A stretch of 64,000 bases of DNA. Origin: Octopus bimaculoides (taxonomy: Eukaryota). Position 1 is the first letter of the stretch. Each line of letters starts with the position of its first letter. The notes beneath the pieces are model-generated. The model was not told the origin of the DNA. It did no database searches and saw only the letters and a list, made by a program, of their open reading frames with translations. This document shows, piece after piece, positions 25,420 to 38,869 of the stretch. The position numbers were made by a program, and so were the translations under genes. The DNA lies in assembly GCF_001194135.2 (NCBI RefSeq), contig NC_068994.1, positions 44,884,906 to 44,948,905 of the forward strand, read 5' to 3'.

Positions 25420-27430
25420 TCATCATCATTTAACATCTGCACACAAATATATCATTATTTTACATGTTCTTGGGGTATTTTTCCTCCTAAGCTTGCATGG
25501 GTCAGACAGGTCTTTTTCCAACACAGCATCTTCCCACTTGTGAACCTTTGTCATCTTCTTTGTGAGATTCTGTCTCCTGAGATAAGCCTTCACCAAGTTT
25601 TACTCTATCTTACTTGGTCTTCTACAGCAGGTTCCTTCATTTGGGTTGCATAACACTTCTTTACCCAATTGTCAACTTGCATATCTACCATACAGCTGTA
25701 CTAAGCCTTCTCTCTGCATACAACATCTGGTTTTTCTCACAGTCAGTTTTTCTCTTGCAACTCATTTGTGCTTTGCAGTTCAAGCACACTAACATTACAC
25801 ATCCAGCAATCACTGACCATCCTCAAAGCAACCTGAGTGTGGTAAACAAACCTTCAAAGCCAGGCTATTGCAATTAAAAATCCAACTATCAAAATACATG
25901 ACCTTCTTCACCACACTTAATGGCTGATATCAGATCAAAACAATTGAAGGCTCACTCCAGAATCAGGTCAATATGTAACTTCAGTGTTTTGGGGTAATTG
26001 ACAATTAGAAAATACATTTTGTTTTGAGTTTGTTCTTTAAATTGAGAAAGTGAAGCAATAAAATTTAAGTAGAAATACTTAATGTTTATTAACTATGTGT
26101 GTGTGTGTGTATATCAAGTATATTGTTTAAGCACAAATACACATTGGCTTGAGCTAATTATCTACACCTAGTTTCTTAGCAACTACCAGGCCATAGAGCA
26201 TGGTACTATGCCAATAAATGTAAAATAAAGTGGCTTATTCTTAGCTAAGAATATCTCTCCAGCCAGGTACAAACCAGAACTGTACCTGTACCTCATCTAA
26301 GTTAACCGTCTTCCAAGTCAGTTGCGCTGTAACTCTTTTTGTTGCTTTCATGACCTGGTCATCAATTCGAGGTCTCAGTCATTATTCCTTTCAATAACAC
26401 CTCCTTTACCCTTGAAGCAGATTATGACAATGCTGCTGTATCAGTCATTGGGGATGATACCTAGTATTATCTAAATCAGGGGTTTTCAAACTGTGGTCCG
26501 CGAACCACAGGGGGTCTGCAAGGACAAGACAAGGGGTCCATAGAAAGCCAAGACAGGGGGTCCATGCAGAGCCAAGCAAGCACATCCTTCTCACTGAGTA
26601 CGTATTAAGAAAATCCTGTGTGTATAATTGACAATAAACCTATTTGTTAAATACTGTTAAATAAATAAATGTAAAAATATATGTTATTTTAAGCAAATAG
26701 TTATGTATAAATTTCATAAGCGTTTATAAGGGGGTCCCTAANNNNNNNNNNGTAAAAATATATGTTATTTTAAGCAAATAGTTATGTATAAATTTCATAA
26801 GCGTTTATAAGGGGGTCCCTAAGGTAAAGCCCGAAATATAAAGGGGTCCGCAAGTCAAAAAGTTTGAAAACCCCTGATCTAAATGATTGTATGAGTGACT
26901 AGTACATGTCCTACTTCATTGGATATTTTCAGCATCCACACAACTATCCATCATAGCCCAGATGTTTTACCTGCCTTCATCCATGCTTTCAACCATAATG
27001 CCGTCACCTCAATAGCTGGTTTTGTTTTTCTTACAGTAGTCTCTCTCTCTTCCCCAAGCATTCTTCATATTCAGCAACCTCTTCTAGCAGCATTTCCATG
27101 CTTTTTTATTCTCAATGTCAGTGAGGGCCGGTGCACAGCTATCATCATGTACACACTTTCCTTCAATGACATCCTGGTTCATACCAATACACTGTTTTGC
27201 AAACCTCATCTCATGCTTCTAATCCTCTCACCACAGAACAAGACAAACTTCTTCCTTTCCACTTCCAAAGTATATCTGATATGTAGTTTCTCTCTTTTAG
27301 CTCGCTGATATTACTCATTATCCCCCACTTCTTCCAAATATTCCATGTTTGTCTTTTAAGTTTTTTTTACAGCTGTACTGTATCATTCCACCAACATATC
27401 ACCTTCTACCTAGCTGGAACCTTGCTCCAT
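25420..27430 (-). mobile_element. Degenerate RTE-clade LINE (ORF2 fragments), interrupted by an hAT MITE
   Basis: Disrupted minus-strand translation resembles RTE ORF2 (KAxGxxGI..EMLKIS; IPND..SIVIICFKGKG; LDE.Q.WFVPG) and its 3' end (WMCNVS...KKC...LEK...THAS). Many stops and deletions. Confidence 0.7.
26477..26876 (+). mobile_element. hAT (Charlie-like) MITE, copy 1
   Basis: TIR CAGGGGTTTTCAAACT / AGTTTGAAAACCCCTG with perfect 8-bp TSD ATCTAAAT. Contains a 10-N gap with a false 71-bp duplication. Confidence 0.9.
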
Positions 27431-28228
27431 CCACAGATTTGGTTTGCAGCAAACAACAGATAGCCTTCTAGAGACCCCTCGTGTATATACATATATATAC
27501 GTGGGGGTGCTGTAAAGTTCATGGTTTTAAGGGTAACACATACCTATATATACATTTTATATGTGTATACATAAGTATGTATGTATGTGTGTACACGCAT
27601 GTATGTATTATGTATCCACACATACTTACAGGGCATACCTATTCACACACAAGTGATCACTTCAACACATGGCACACAGTGCACCTGTTCAGCAGACAAT
27701 GTCAATTTGATGGAATGAATGAACTAATGTGCAGCATGAACATTTGATCACTAGAAACAAATCATTTGTGCAGGTCATTCATTAAAAGCTGAATGCTCCT
27801 ATGTCTTTTTGAATGGGAGAGTCCATTATATCATTTACTAGCAATGCATCCCAGCATTGCCCAGATGTTATGCTCCACAGCCACATTGTATTATTCATTT
27901 CTTGCTTATGGGCAGAATCAGCACGGTTGATATATAGTGAAGTGGATTACTCGCATAATGGAAGTTATTGTTTGTTTAAAAGTGAAGGATGACCGGTATA
28001 ATTTGCATGGGTTTGCATGAAAGTGTTTTCTGCTCTTAAGAGGGATCACAAACTATGTATTGTTTCATTGTATAAAATGGGGTTAATACAATTTTGCCCA
28101 GAAATTACATTTTCACAATTTTAATTTCCCCGTCCCCACTGCAATTTCTTAATTTGTGACATTTTTACGAATTCTTTTTTATCCACATAGAAAAATAGAG
28201 ATTGCAAATCTGCGTAATACTCTTCACT

Positions 28229-29024
28229 CTCTTTTACTTGTTTCAGTCATTTGACTGCGGCCATGCTGGAGCACCGCCTTTAGTCGAGCAAATCGACCCC
28301 AGGACTTATTCTTTGTAAGCCTAGTACTTATCATATCGATCTCTTTTGTCGAACCGCTAAGTTACGGGGACGTAAACACACCAACATCGGTTGTCAAGCG
28401 ACGCTGGGGGGACAAACACAGACACACAAATACACACACACACATATATATATATATANNNNNNNNNNNNNNNNNNNNNNNNNNNNNNNNNNNNNNNNNN
28501 NNNNNNNNNNNNNNNNNNNNNNNNNNNNNNNNNNNNNNNNNNNNNNNNNNNNNNNNNNNNNNNNNNNNNNNNNNNNNNNNNNNNNNNNNNNNNNNNNNNN
28601 NNNNNNNNNNNNNNNNNNNNNNNNNNNNNNNNNNNNNNNNNNNNNNNNNNNNNNNNNNNNNNNNNNNNNNNNGACATGTAAAAGCACCCACTACACTCTC
28701 TGAGTGGTTGGCGTTAGGAAGGGCATCCAGCTGTAGAAACTCTGCCAAATTAGATTGAAGCCTGGTGTTGCCATCCGGTTTCACCAGTCCTCAGTCAAAT
28801 CGTCCAACCCATGCTAGCATGGAAAGCGGACGTTAAACGATGATGATGATGATGATGATATATATATATATATACATATATACGTCTACCAAGTCCACTC
28901 ACAAGACTTTGGTCGGCCCAAGGCTATAGTAGAAGACACTTGCCCAAGGTGCCACGCAGTGGGACTGAACCCGGAACCATGTGGTTGGTAAGCAAGCTAC
29001 TTACCACACAGCCACTCCTACACG
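28229..29024 (-). mobile_element. tRNA-derived SINE with an RTE-tailed SINE nested in its internal (TA)n tract
   Basis: The 3' half (28229-28458) and 5' half (28870-29024) match the 58976 copy. The second family occupies 28674-28859. Confidence 0.8.
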
Positions 29025-29538
29025 TAATATATATATTTTTTAAAGTTTATTCTTTTCTCGAAGAAACACTCAATGGCCCTTCGCCCACCCATCACCTACC
29101 TGCTTTCAATAAGCTAAAGCTTCCCAATGTTTCACTTTCATCTGATGTTTCATGCATTTACAGAATTGTACTGAAATAGCAGACATAAAAAATATCAGAC
29201 CACCACCAGAAAACCTGACATGCTAGAAACAACAGGTAAACGACAATATTTCTGAAGAAACTTCTCCGTTTTCCAAACAGCTAAAAGTGAAACATTGGGA
29301 GTTTGTAGCTTTTTGAAAATAGTGAGGTGATGGGTGTATTTCTGGGATGGAGATTTTAGTACTTCCTTAAGAAAAAAGGAAGAAGAAAATTCGCAAAGAT
29401 TCATACTCTGTTTTTTTTTTCTCCATGGATTACTGAGAAAAAAAAGTAAAAATATGAAGGAATTGGGGTGGGGAAGGAGAAAATTAAAATATTGAGAACA
29501 TGTTTTTGGGGAAAAATTCTAACCTGTATAGAAAACAT

Positions 29539-30112
29539 AGAAATCAGATGAAATTTAGAAAAAAAAAATGGGAGAAGGACACAAATGTCACCTCAGACAT
29601 GCTAGAAACAACAGGTAAAGGACAGGGTTTCTGGGAAAACTTCTTTTAAATTTATATCGAAGATCAGGTTTTTAAATACGCTCATCACAAACACGAATTA
29701 CAGAGTAGAAAAAGGTCATTTCAATTGGATTTGAACTGTAATTTTGCATGTACACATAGCAAAAAAATGTGTGGGGCACAGCTGAGCAAGAGACCAACAA
29801 AATTCCTTCTAACACCAAAGNNNNNNNNNNAGAAATCAGATGAAATTTAGAAAAAAAAAATGGGAGAAGGACACAAATGTCACCTCAGACATGCTAGAAA
29901 CAACAGGTAAAGGACAGGGTTTCTGGGAAAACTTCTTTTAAATTTATATCGAAGATCAGGTTTTTAAATACGCTCATCACAAACACGAATTACAGAGTAG
30001 AAAAAGGTCATTTCAATTGGATTTGAACTGTAATTTTGCATGTACACATAGCAAAAAAATGTGTGGGGCACAGCTGAGCAAGAGACCAACAAAATTCCTT
30101 CTAACACCAAAG
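29539..30112. other. Assembly artefact: identical 282-bp sequence on both sides of a 10-N gap
   Basis: 29539-29820 is repeated at 29831-30112. Confidence 0.85.
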
Positions 30113-30363
30113 ATGAACTGAAGGCAAAGATTATCACAGCATTCACCAACTTAAACAAGGAGACCATCCAGAAGAGTTGCAGGGGATTCTGAAGTTGTCT
30201 AGAGGCCGTGGTTGAAGCCAATGACAATTTTATTGAATAAATTTACTCTTTAATATTTCAAGATATTTTTATGTAATTTTGGCAAACATATCTGTTAAGA
30301 TGAGATGTCAGTGTTATTTTCGTTTCTGCATAATTTAGACAACAATATATTCACCGCACTCTG
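30060..30363 (+). mobile_element. Tc1/mariner (maT/DD37D-like) transposase C-terminal relic with right end
   Basis: Translates VWGTAEQETNKIPSNTKDELKAKIITAFTNLNKETIQKSCRGF*SCLEAVVEANDNFIE*. Ends ...ccgcactctg|TA. Confidence 0.7.
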
Positions 30364-30744
30364 TACATATACACATATGTATCACTCAGTTACTGCAACT
30401 GCCTGACAGTACAGCACAATATTTTGGATTGGCTTAAAAAGACTAAGCTGTGCAACCAACCCCACATATACATATAACCATGGATTTTCCACGACACAGA
30501 CATGAGTTCCTTCCTGAACAGGACTTGACTTCAATCCCAGACACAGATTGTAATCTATTTGTCCAAAACCTGACTTGCTCTACATGAGATTTCATGACAG
30601 CATTTATTGACTGAAAAGATGGCCTACATCTGTAAATAAGTGGCAGTCACCACACACACATATATATATATACAAACAAATATATACACACGTGTATGCA
30701 TGTGGATGTGTGTGTGTGTGTGTGTTTATATATATATATACCTA

Positions 30745-31170
30745 GACCGTGTCCTCGCCCCCCCTAGTGGCTTCTCTCCCTTCCCACATTCATGACACTC
30801 ACCACGCGCTTCGTCTATTCAACTCTTTCTCTTTCCCTCCCGGCCCTTCTAAGCTTCTCTTCACTCTAGACATCCAGAGCCTCTATACAGTGATCCCCCA
30901 TGACGAGGGGCTGCGTGCCCTGAAGTTTTTTCTTGACCAACGCCCCAACCCACAACCCGACACCTCCAAAAGGAATGAAAAAGGCATTATTATGATTGAC
31001 CGTTGACTGAACACTATTCAATTTTTTTTCTCCGTGTTTTTCTCCTTGTCTCCGTATTCTTTCTGTTGAAGAGCGTAGCTCGAAACGTCAAAGACTTTCC
31101 GTATTCCCGAGCGTCATACTAATATATACTTTTGTTATTTACACCACCTGTCCTCGTCTGTTGTTATTAT
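30745..31170 (+). mobile_element. Penelope-like element relic: RT fragment plus pseudo-LTR tail
   Basis: PLVASLPSHIHDT...LLFTLDIQSLYTVIPHDEGLRALKFFLDQRP is typical of PLE reverse transcriptase. The tail contains a hammerhead motif. Confidence 0.8.
31058..31094 (+). ncRNA. Minimal type-I hammerhead ribozyme motif (variant core CUGUUGA)
   Basis: Stem I TCTTT/AAAGA; core CTGTTGA+A; stem II GAGC-GTA-GCTC; GAAA; palindromic ACGT stem III; predicted cleavage after C31089. Confidence 0.65.
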
Positions 31171-31199
31171 TTGTATATTCTCCCATATATATATATATA

Positions 31200-31234
<35 letters not shown>

Positions 31235-31589
31235 ACATACACATACATAAGAATGTATATAATTTTTTAAATTTTCAATTGGCAAAAGTTTAAAAATAAC
31301 ACTCAGCTTATTGCATCACTATCATTTCTGGCAATTAAAAATGTGTGTAAATGTACACATGTATGTATACACTCATATTTCGTATGCCTTTGTGATTTAG
31401 TTCAGCACCGTACTTGACACTTACCATCCAAATAACAGTAATTCCAATAGCTTATGTCTTAGTGGGATGGGCAGATTTTAAATTGAGAACAAATAGAGAC
31501 GTAACCAAAGAACTGCATAGAATTTTTCAAACAATTTACTTCTCTCTCTATAGTACCAGGCCAAAAGGAGATGGATGAGTCGCCTAGCT

Positions 31590-31852
31590 CAGGGGTTTTC
31601 AAACTTTTTGACTTGCGGACCCCTTAATATTTCAGGCTTTACCTTATAAACGCTTATGAAATTTATACATAAATATTTGCTTAAAATAACATCTATTTTT
31701 ACATTTATTTATTTAACAGTATTTAACAAATAGGTTTATTATCAATTAAAAGATTTCGATTAAAAAACATATATAAAATCAAATTGCCCATATAAAGTAT
31801 TTGCTGTCCACGGACCCCCTGTAGTCCGCGGACCACAGTTTGAAAACCCCTG
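31590..31852 (-). mobile_element. hAT (Charlie-like) MITE, copy 2
   Basis: Same TIRs as the 26477 copy, opposite orientation. TSD GCCTAGCT/GCCTAGAT (7/8). Confidence 0.88.
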
Positions 31853-34800
31853 GCCTAGATCAATAGTAGCGCTTGACTGGTTCGCTTTTTCATTAACGAC
31901 CTCAGCAGGATTTCTACTCAAAATGTTCAAATAATAATAATNNNNNNNNNNNNNNNNNNNNNNNNNNNNNNNNNNNNNNNNNNNNNNNNNNNNNNNNNNN
32001 NNNNNNNNNNNNNNNNNNNNNNNNNNNNNNNNNNNNNNNNNNNNNNNNNNNNNNNNNNNNNNNNNNNNNNNNNNNNNNNNNNNNNNNNNNNNNNNNNNNN
32101 NNNNNNNNNNNNNNNNNNNNNNNNNNNNNNNNNNNNNNNNNNNNNNNNNNNNNNNNNNNNNNNNNNNNNNNNNNNNNNNNNNNNNNNNNNNNNNNNNNNN
32201 NNNNNNNNNNNNNNNNNNNNNNNNNNNNNNNNNNNNNNNNNNNNNNNNNNNNNNNNNNNNNNNNNNNNNNNNNNNNNNNNNNNNNNNNNNNNNNNNNNNN
32301 NNNNNNNNNNNNNNNNNNNNNNNCCCGGTGGGTAAAGAAAAGATAAAATATTCTAACAGGTGTAAAACAACTTGCTGGGAACGAATATGAAGAAAAAAAT
32401 GCGCGCTCGCGAACGGGGTTGGGTAGGGAGAGGCCTCGGAACATTCACGATGTGAATGTTCCGAGACACCTCACCTGAGCCAAGAAACAAGGGGGGGGAG
32501 GTTAGTTGATTCTGCTAACAATCCAGCCAGCTCGATGCAATAGTACTACTAATCCTTTCTACTATAAGCACAACGCCTGAAATTTGGGGAGGGGAGGGGC
32601 TATCGATTACATGACCCCAGTACGTGACTGGTACATATTATTTCATCAACTCCGAAAGGACGAAGGGCAATAATAATAATAATAACCCTTTCTGCTACGC
32701 AAAGCAAAACTAATTTGAGCAGAATTATTCAATATTTGGATATTTTGAAGCTGTTTATGTGGATAAAATAATCAGTACAAGGAATTATTTTCTGCACTCT
32801 TTAAAGGAAAAGTTGACTAGCCGCCAAGCCTATATTATTGCGTAATCTACATATATACACTTGCCAATGTATGTATGTATGTGTGTATGTATGTGTGTAT
32901 GTATGTGTGTGTGTGGGTGTGCGTGCGTACGAGTGTTGATAATTTATATTTAACATTTTTACCGTTTATATTAATCATATACTGTAAGTTTTAATTACGT
33001 TTTAATATTCATCTTGGAATTTAACGTTTTATCAATTTTCGTGATAAAACACATAAAAAATTATAAATCACATAACTGCTAACATTGGCACAAAACCAGA
33101 AATTTCGGGTGAGAGAAAGAGAGAGAGTCGATTAAATTTGTCTATAGCGCCTGGAAGGTACCGTATTTTATCGAACCTGGAAGGAACGTAGTCACGGGAT
33201 TTGATCGCAGAACGTAAAGAAAAAAAAAATTAAAGATGTAAAAATCGATTTATTAGAGGGACATTAAGGCCTCAAATTTACATCGATCTCGGGACTTGAC
33301 TGATACTTCTGTTTCAACGAACCCGGAAAGAATTAAAAGACTAAGTTGACCTTGACGGAACTTGAAATCAGATCGTTGAGTTTAAATTCCGCCGATGTGA
33401 ACTTCGCCTTTCAAAATTACCATGTCGGTTAACTAACATTCAGTTTTATATAATGACACAATGCCACATATTTCGGTAGAGATTACAATCGCTTATTTGA
33501 CTGGCACTGAAGAAAAAGAAAGATTATTGTGCTTTCTACCAAAATCACATTTTTTTTTCCCCACCGAATTCAATTTAATCGGCCACGGTGTTATTTTATG
33601 GAAAATGAGGATAAGTGGAAGACATTGTTAACCAAAGAATGGTTTAAACTCAGAAAATAAAGGGACATAACTGAACAGCACAAAGCATATTGTCTGCAAC
33701 TCTAACGAGAAAGCCTCTACATGGTTGCTCAAACTGCTAGAAATAGCAGCAAAATGTTCTCAAGTTACACCGTACCGTCTTCGAAAAACTACATTGGGTA
33801 ATGTGGGATTGGATTTCCTCCCCACAGGAAAAAGACAGGAAATGCTTTTAATCGTAGTCTACTCGATCGCAACTCACCAGGGATTAAAACAACAATGATA
33901 ACGGTACGAGCTTCCAGCCAAATCTTTCTCAGATCACTCCCTATCATCTTATGTAATGAAAAAATACGTTAAATAATGTAATCCTACATACATATCCCTA
34001 AATCGGCGCAAGGGTCACGCCTGGAATGATTTTTGATTAGAGTTCTGCTCCATCAGGTTGAGCCTGAGGCTAAACGATAATGATGATTTCATATAAGTGT
34101 ATATAATATATATATATTCTTCAAATTTCATAGAGAGGAAGAAAAAAGTTGACTATTTCAATCCAGTACACATTTCGTACCCTTATCTATTCTGGTAAGA
34201 TTTGAACTCAAAATGTAAAGGGACATAACAAAACATAGCTATTTTAACGGAACAATTCCACCATCCAGTCCTAACAGANNNNNNNNNNNNNNNNNNNNNN
34301 NNNNNNNNNNNNNNNNNNNNNNNNNNNNNNNNNNNNNNNNNNNNNNNNNNNNNNNNNNNNNNNNNNNNNNNNNNNNNNNNNNNNNNNNNNNNNNNNNNNN
34401 NNNNNNNNNNNNNNNNNNNNNNNNNNNNNNNNNNNNNNNNNNNNNNNNNNNNNNNNNNNNNNNNNNNNNNNNNNNNNNNNNNNNNNNNNNNNNNNNNNNN
34501 NNNNNNNNNNNNNNNNNNNNNNNNNNNNNNNNNNNNNNNNNNNNNNNNNNNNNNNNNNNNNNNNNNNNNNNNNNNNNNNNNNNNNNNNNNNNNNNNNNNN
34601 NNNNNNNNNNNNNNNNNNNNNNNNNNNNNNNNNNNNNNNNNNNNNNNNNNNNNNNNNNNNNNNNNNNNNNNNNNNNNNNNNNNNNNNNNNNNNNNNNNNN
34701 NNNNNNNNNNNNNNNNNNNNNNNNNNNNNNNNNNNNNNNNNNNNNNNNNNNNNNNNNNNNNNNNNNNNNNNNNNNNNNNNNNNNNNNNNNNNNNNNNNNN

Positions 34801-35546
34801 NNNNNNNNNNNNNNNNNNNNNNNNNNNNNNNNNNNNNNNNNNNNNNNNNNNNNNNNNNNNNNNNNNNNNNNNNNNNNNNNNNNNNNNNNNNNNNNNNNNN
34901 NNNNNNNNNNNNNNNNNNNNNNNNNNNNNNNNNNNNNNNNNNNNNNNNNNNNNNNNNNNNNNNNNNNNNNNNNNNNNNNNNNNNNNNNNNNNNNNNNNNN
35001 NNNNNNNNNNNNNNNNNNNNNNNNNNNNNNNNNNNNNNNNNNNNNNNNNNNNNNNTATATATATATATAATTTTTTAAGTATTTGTGGAAAATTCCATTT
35101 AAAAAATATCCATTTTTTTTTCTGAAAGCAATGAGGAAACAATGTGTCGCGGGGACAGCACACTTGTGTCTCGATGTCATGTATGATGATGATAAAAGTA
35201 GATGTTCTGGTAGTTTGGAAATATGTCCTTCGAAGTCCCATACCTCATGAGAAAAGAAAGAAAAAAAAAAGAGCACAGAAGTCCCGGGAGTGATGGCAAA
35301 AATATTTTTAAAATTTTTATTTTCTGGGGGAAAAATAAATTTCAGAATTGTAAATCACCTGCATATTTATTTATTTATTTATGGGTTTCAGCCAAGTGGC
35401 TGTGGTCAAGCTGGAGCACCAGCGTGAAAGAAAAAACATGTAAGATCGCCATAAAGACGTTATTGAAAAATACAAAAAGGGGGTTGGTAAATGTAGGTAT
35501 GTCATTGACAAAACGAGTATTAATATAAAAGGACGGAAGGCCTTAC

Positions 35547-35619
35547 CTTCTACAACGCCACAGGTGAAATTCCCGTTATTGGGTACCATCAGACCGTCTT
35601 CACAGTCCGTACCCGTCAT
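35547..35619 (-). CDS. OGA: O-GlcNAcase coding exon 1 (from first in-frame ATG): MTGTDCEDGLMVPNNGNFTCGVVE-G
   Basis: FTCGVVEG matches the start of the GH84 domain (vertebrate FLCGVVEGFYGRPW). Phase-1 donor G|GTAAGG at 35547/35546. The true start could be further upstream (see findings). Confidence 0.85.
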
Positions 35620-36755
35620 CGTTTCGTCCTCCACCGCCACCCCGCCGTCGTATTGCTTCTTATATTGGTGGTGATGATGATGATGTTGACGGAGTAGATG
35701 AAGGCGAAGCTGCTGCTGTAGATGATGGCGATAGCGGTGGTGGTGTTGTTGTTGCTGGTGGTGGCGACAGTTGGTCTCGTAATAGTACGAGTAACCGCAG
35801 CGATTGTAGTTACGGTGTTGCTGGTGACGGTGATGACCCTCTTCGACTCTTCGCTGATGGTGTTGGGAGTTCGAATCTGGGCTCTGCTTCTTCGGAGTGT
35901 CTCTAGAAAAGCTGTTCTTGTCAGAGACAGATGTATCTAATTGACTGTTCTTTCCACGACAGAAACTGTTCACGAGCCCTATGGTTGTTGATAACTAATC
36001 TTAAACCGATTTTCTTTTTTTTTTTTTCAAAGGGTTTTAATAATTTTCACTTCTATAAGAAGATTCGTTGGATCTTTCTTTTTTTCCTTTGTAGGAAGGG
36101 AGCCTTCTTGGATATATTTTTTCCTTACATCGAAGCCTTCTTCCAAATTTATGGAATTAAATAATTCATACGATCAGTCTGTTAGATTGTCAATCAAATA
36201 GTTAGTTTGTCTTTTCTTTTACTAAAATCAGTTAGTAATTCTGAAAGGAATATTTTGATTTTTTATCCACAAAACTTGGATACTGGTGATCTCTTGTTTT
36301 CTTGTAGATGTCCGACAATGGAAGAAATATATACAAATATATATATATTTACATATAAATAAANNNNNNNNNNNNNNNNNNNNNNNNNNNNNNNNNNNNN
36401 NNNNNNNNNNNNNNNNNNNNNNNNNNNNNNNNNNNNNNNNNNNNNNNNNNNNNNNNNNNNNNNNNNNNNNNNNNNNNNNNNNNNNNNNNNNNNNNNNNNN
36501 NNNNNNNNNNNNNNNNNNNNNNNNNNNNNNNNNNNNNNNNNNNNNNNNNNNNNNNNNNNNNNNNNNNNNNNNNNNNNNNNNNNNNNNNNNNNNNNNNNNN
36601 NNNNNNNNNNNNNNNNNNNNNNNNNNNNNNNNNNNNNNNNNNNNNNNNNNNNNNNNNNNNNNNNNNNNNNNNNNNNNNNNNNNNNNNNNNNNNNNNNNNN
36701 NNNNNNNNNNNNNNNNNNNNNNNNNNNNNNNNNNNNNNNNNNNNNNNNNNNNNNG

Positions 36756-37140
36756 GAGAGGAAGTTTTTTTTGTTTTGGTTGCAGTGGATGTTCTTTCTT
36801 ATGGCTACGACGGTGACAACGGCTTCGATTGAAAGACGGTGGTGGGGGGTGATGTTTTTTTTTTTTTTAATTATTTGAACTCAGGTAGCGGCGGCTGGGC
36901 TGAGACTTCCGTTTTTTTTGTGATTTGTGTTGCTACTAAGGATGAGGTAGTAGCTTGGCACGGGACAGATCAGGCTAGATTCGTCTGGTCTAAACTAAAA
37001 CTAGAATTATAGTAAATAAGGAAGGGGCGGAGGAGTCGTTACGACGACGGCTAAGATTATTGTTAATTGATATTACTTAGTAGAAAGGAATGCGAAAGAA
37101 AAGGTGTTGCAGTTTGGTTAAACTTTATTAATCATATCTG
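36756..37140 (-). promoter_or_regulatory. Putative OGA promoter / 5' UTR region (CpG-rich, GC box)
   Basis: CpG-retaining segment 1.1-1.5 kb upstream of exon 1, with a GGGGCGG Sp1-type box at about 37024-37030. No TSS evidence is available from sequence. Confidence 0.4.
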
Positions 37141-38181
37141 CCTTTCCCTCTTTCTTCCTCTCCATCCCTTTACATTTTCCTTATTCTTTTCGCTTTCCTC
37201 TCTTTGTCGTCTTCTTAATTTCTCTCTCGCTAACCCTCTTTCTTTCCTTCTCCCCCCCTCTCTCTCTCTCTCTACTGTCTTTTTCCCTGGGACAAGATGT
37301 TTTTTAACTGGAAACATCCAGCTTCGAACACTACAACCTCTTTTCCGTTCTTTGATGGGTGCCGAGGACACACAACACACCAACAAATCCTTGTTTGCGT
37401 GTATTCTATTTTTATTTTTTCGGCGGATCTTAAACACCACCAAAAAAATTATTTAAAATATTGTATAATTACTGGACTTTGAATTGTTGTTATGATATAA
37501 AATAGGGGACTTAATATCCGTTAGGGTCAGAGTTTAATGTTGGGATTAAACTTTTTTTTTTTTTGACGCAAGAAAAACGTCATTATACAGTAAGATCGAT
37601 GCCAAAAGGTAATTAAATTTAGTTATGTTTTCGTCGTGTCAATAATTGACAGGTGACAGGAACGTGACGAGAGTTTGATACACATAAGTAAATATGGAAA
37701 GAATAAAACTAGAAATAAAAATTATTGATTTCTGGTAGTGACTTAAGAGCATGCATCTTATGGAAGAAATATAGTCGATTATATTGACTTCAGCAATCTG
37801 TCTGAGAAAATATATCAGGAGAGCATTCTATATACTATATACAAATACGTTAATGTCTTTTAAAGGTAAATATAACGAGCTGAAAAACTTCTATCAACTG
37901 AGCTCATTCAAATGATAAATAAACAAAAAAACTCGTTAAAACTATAAAATACTAAAACAGCAGTAAGGGGGATAACTCAAAAAAGATCAGCCGATGGAAA
38001 TTCTTAGTATGAACAGATTGGAATTGATCTCGTCTTTAAAGTAACGGGTGGTATTCGATTTTATTAGACTTCGACAAAGTATAGTTTACACAATTGTCAA
38101 ACTTAAGAGCGGCATCTGATGGGATGGACGTCTCCTACGCGTTTACGAAACTTCAAATCATATGGAACCAATTCAAACTGT

Positions 38182-38250
<69 letters not shown>

Positions 38251-38869
38251 GATATGGTGATTTAGGCACAAGGCCAGCAGTTTAGAGGGTGGGGCTAGTT
38301 GATACTATCGACCCTGGATGGATGAAAGGCAAAACTGGCTCGGCGGAATTTGAAAGCAGAATATAATAAGGCGAAAAAAAAAACCGATTCTGCCAGCTTG
38401 CCAACTTTTCCTTATAAATGATACTATCTCGTAAACATTCATACATACACAGACAACCATTCATTCATACACAAGCACAGTCTTTACATTTGCGTCTTTA
38501 CGGTATTTAACCTCTTATGATGAATAGCAGCAATATGGCTGAGAGAAAATAACTTGAAAGCGTTCTACATATTAAATGGAAATAATATTAATGTTTCATA
38601 TAAGTAAGATAAGTTAATTCGAAAACTTCGATCAACAGAGGCTATCCAAACAATCAATAGACAAAATCTCCAACGAATGAGGCTGAAAATCTTGACAACA
38701 AGCAAGGGAGGTAACTCCAAAACAATGATCGAAATTTTAATACTAATATAGACGAAGCTCAAGAGAACTGCACTATTTGAGTTTTCATGCAGTACTTGGA
38801 TTACGTAAATCGTAATTCTTCATCACTTTCTAGTAAGGTCAAAGATGTATTTTGAAATCGATGAAGTTG

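Noticed and set aside
29539-30112. 282-bp tandem duplication (also 71 bp at 26671-26822)
   Set aside because: Identical sequence on both sides of a 10-N gap is the signature of unmerged overlapping contig ends.
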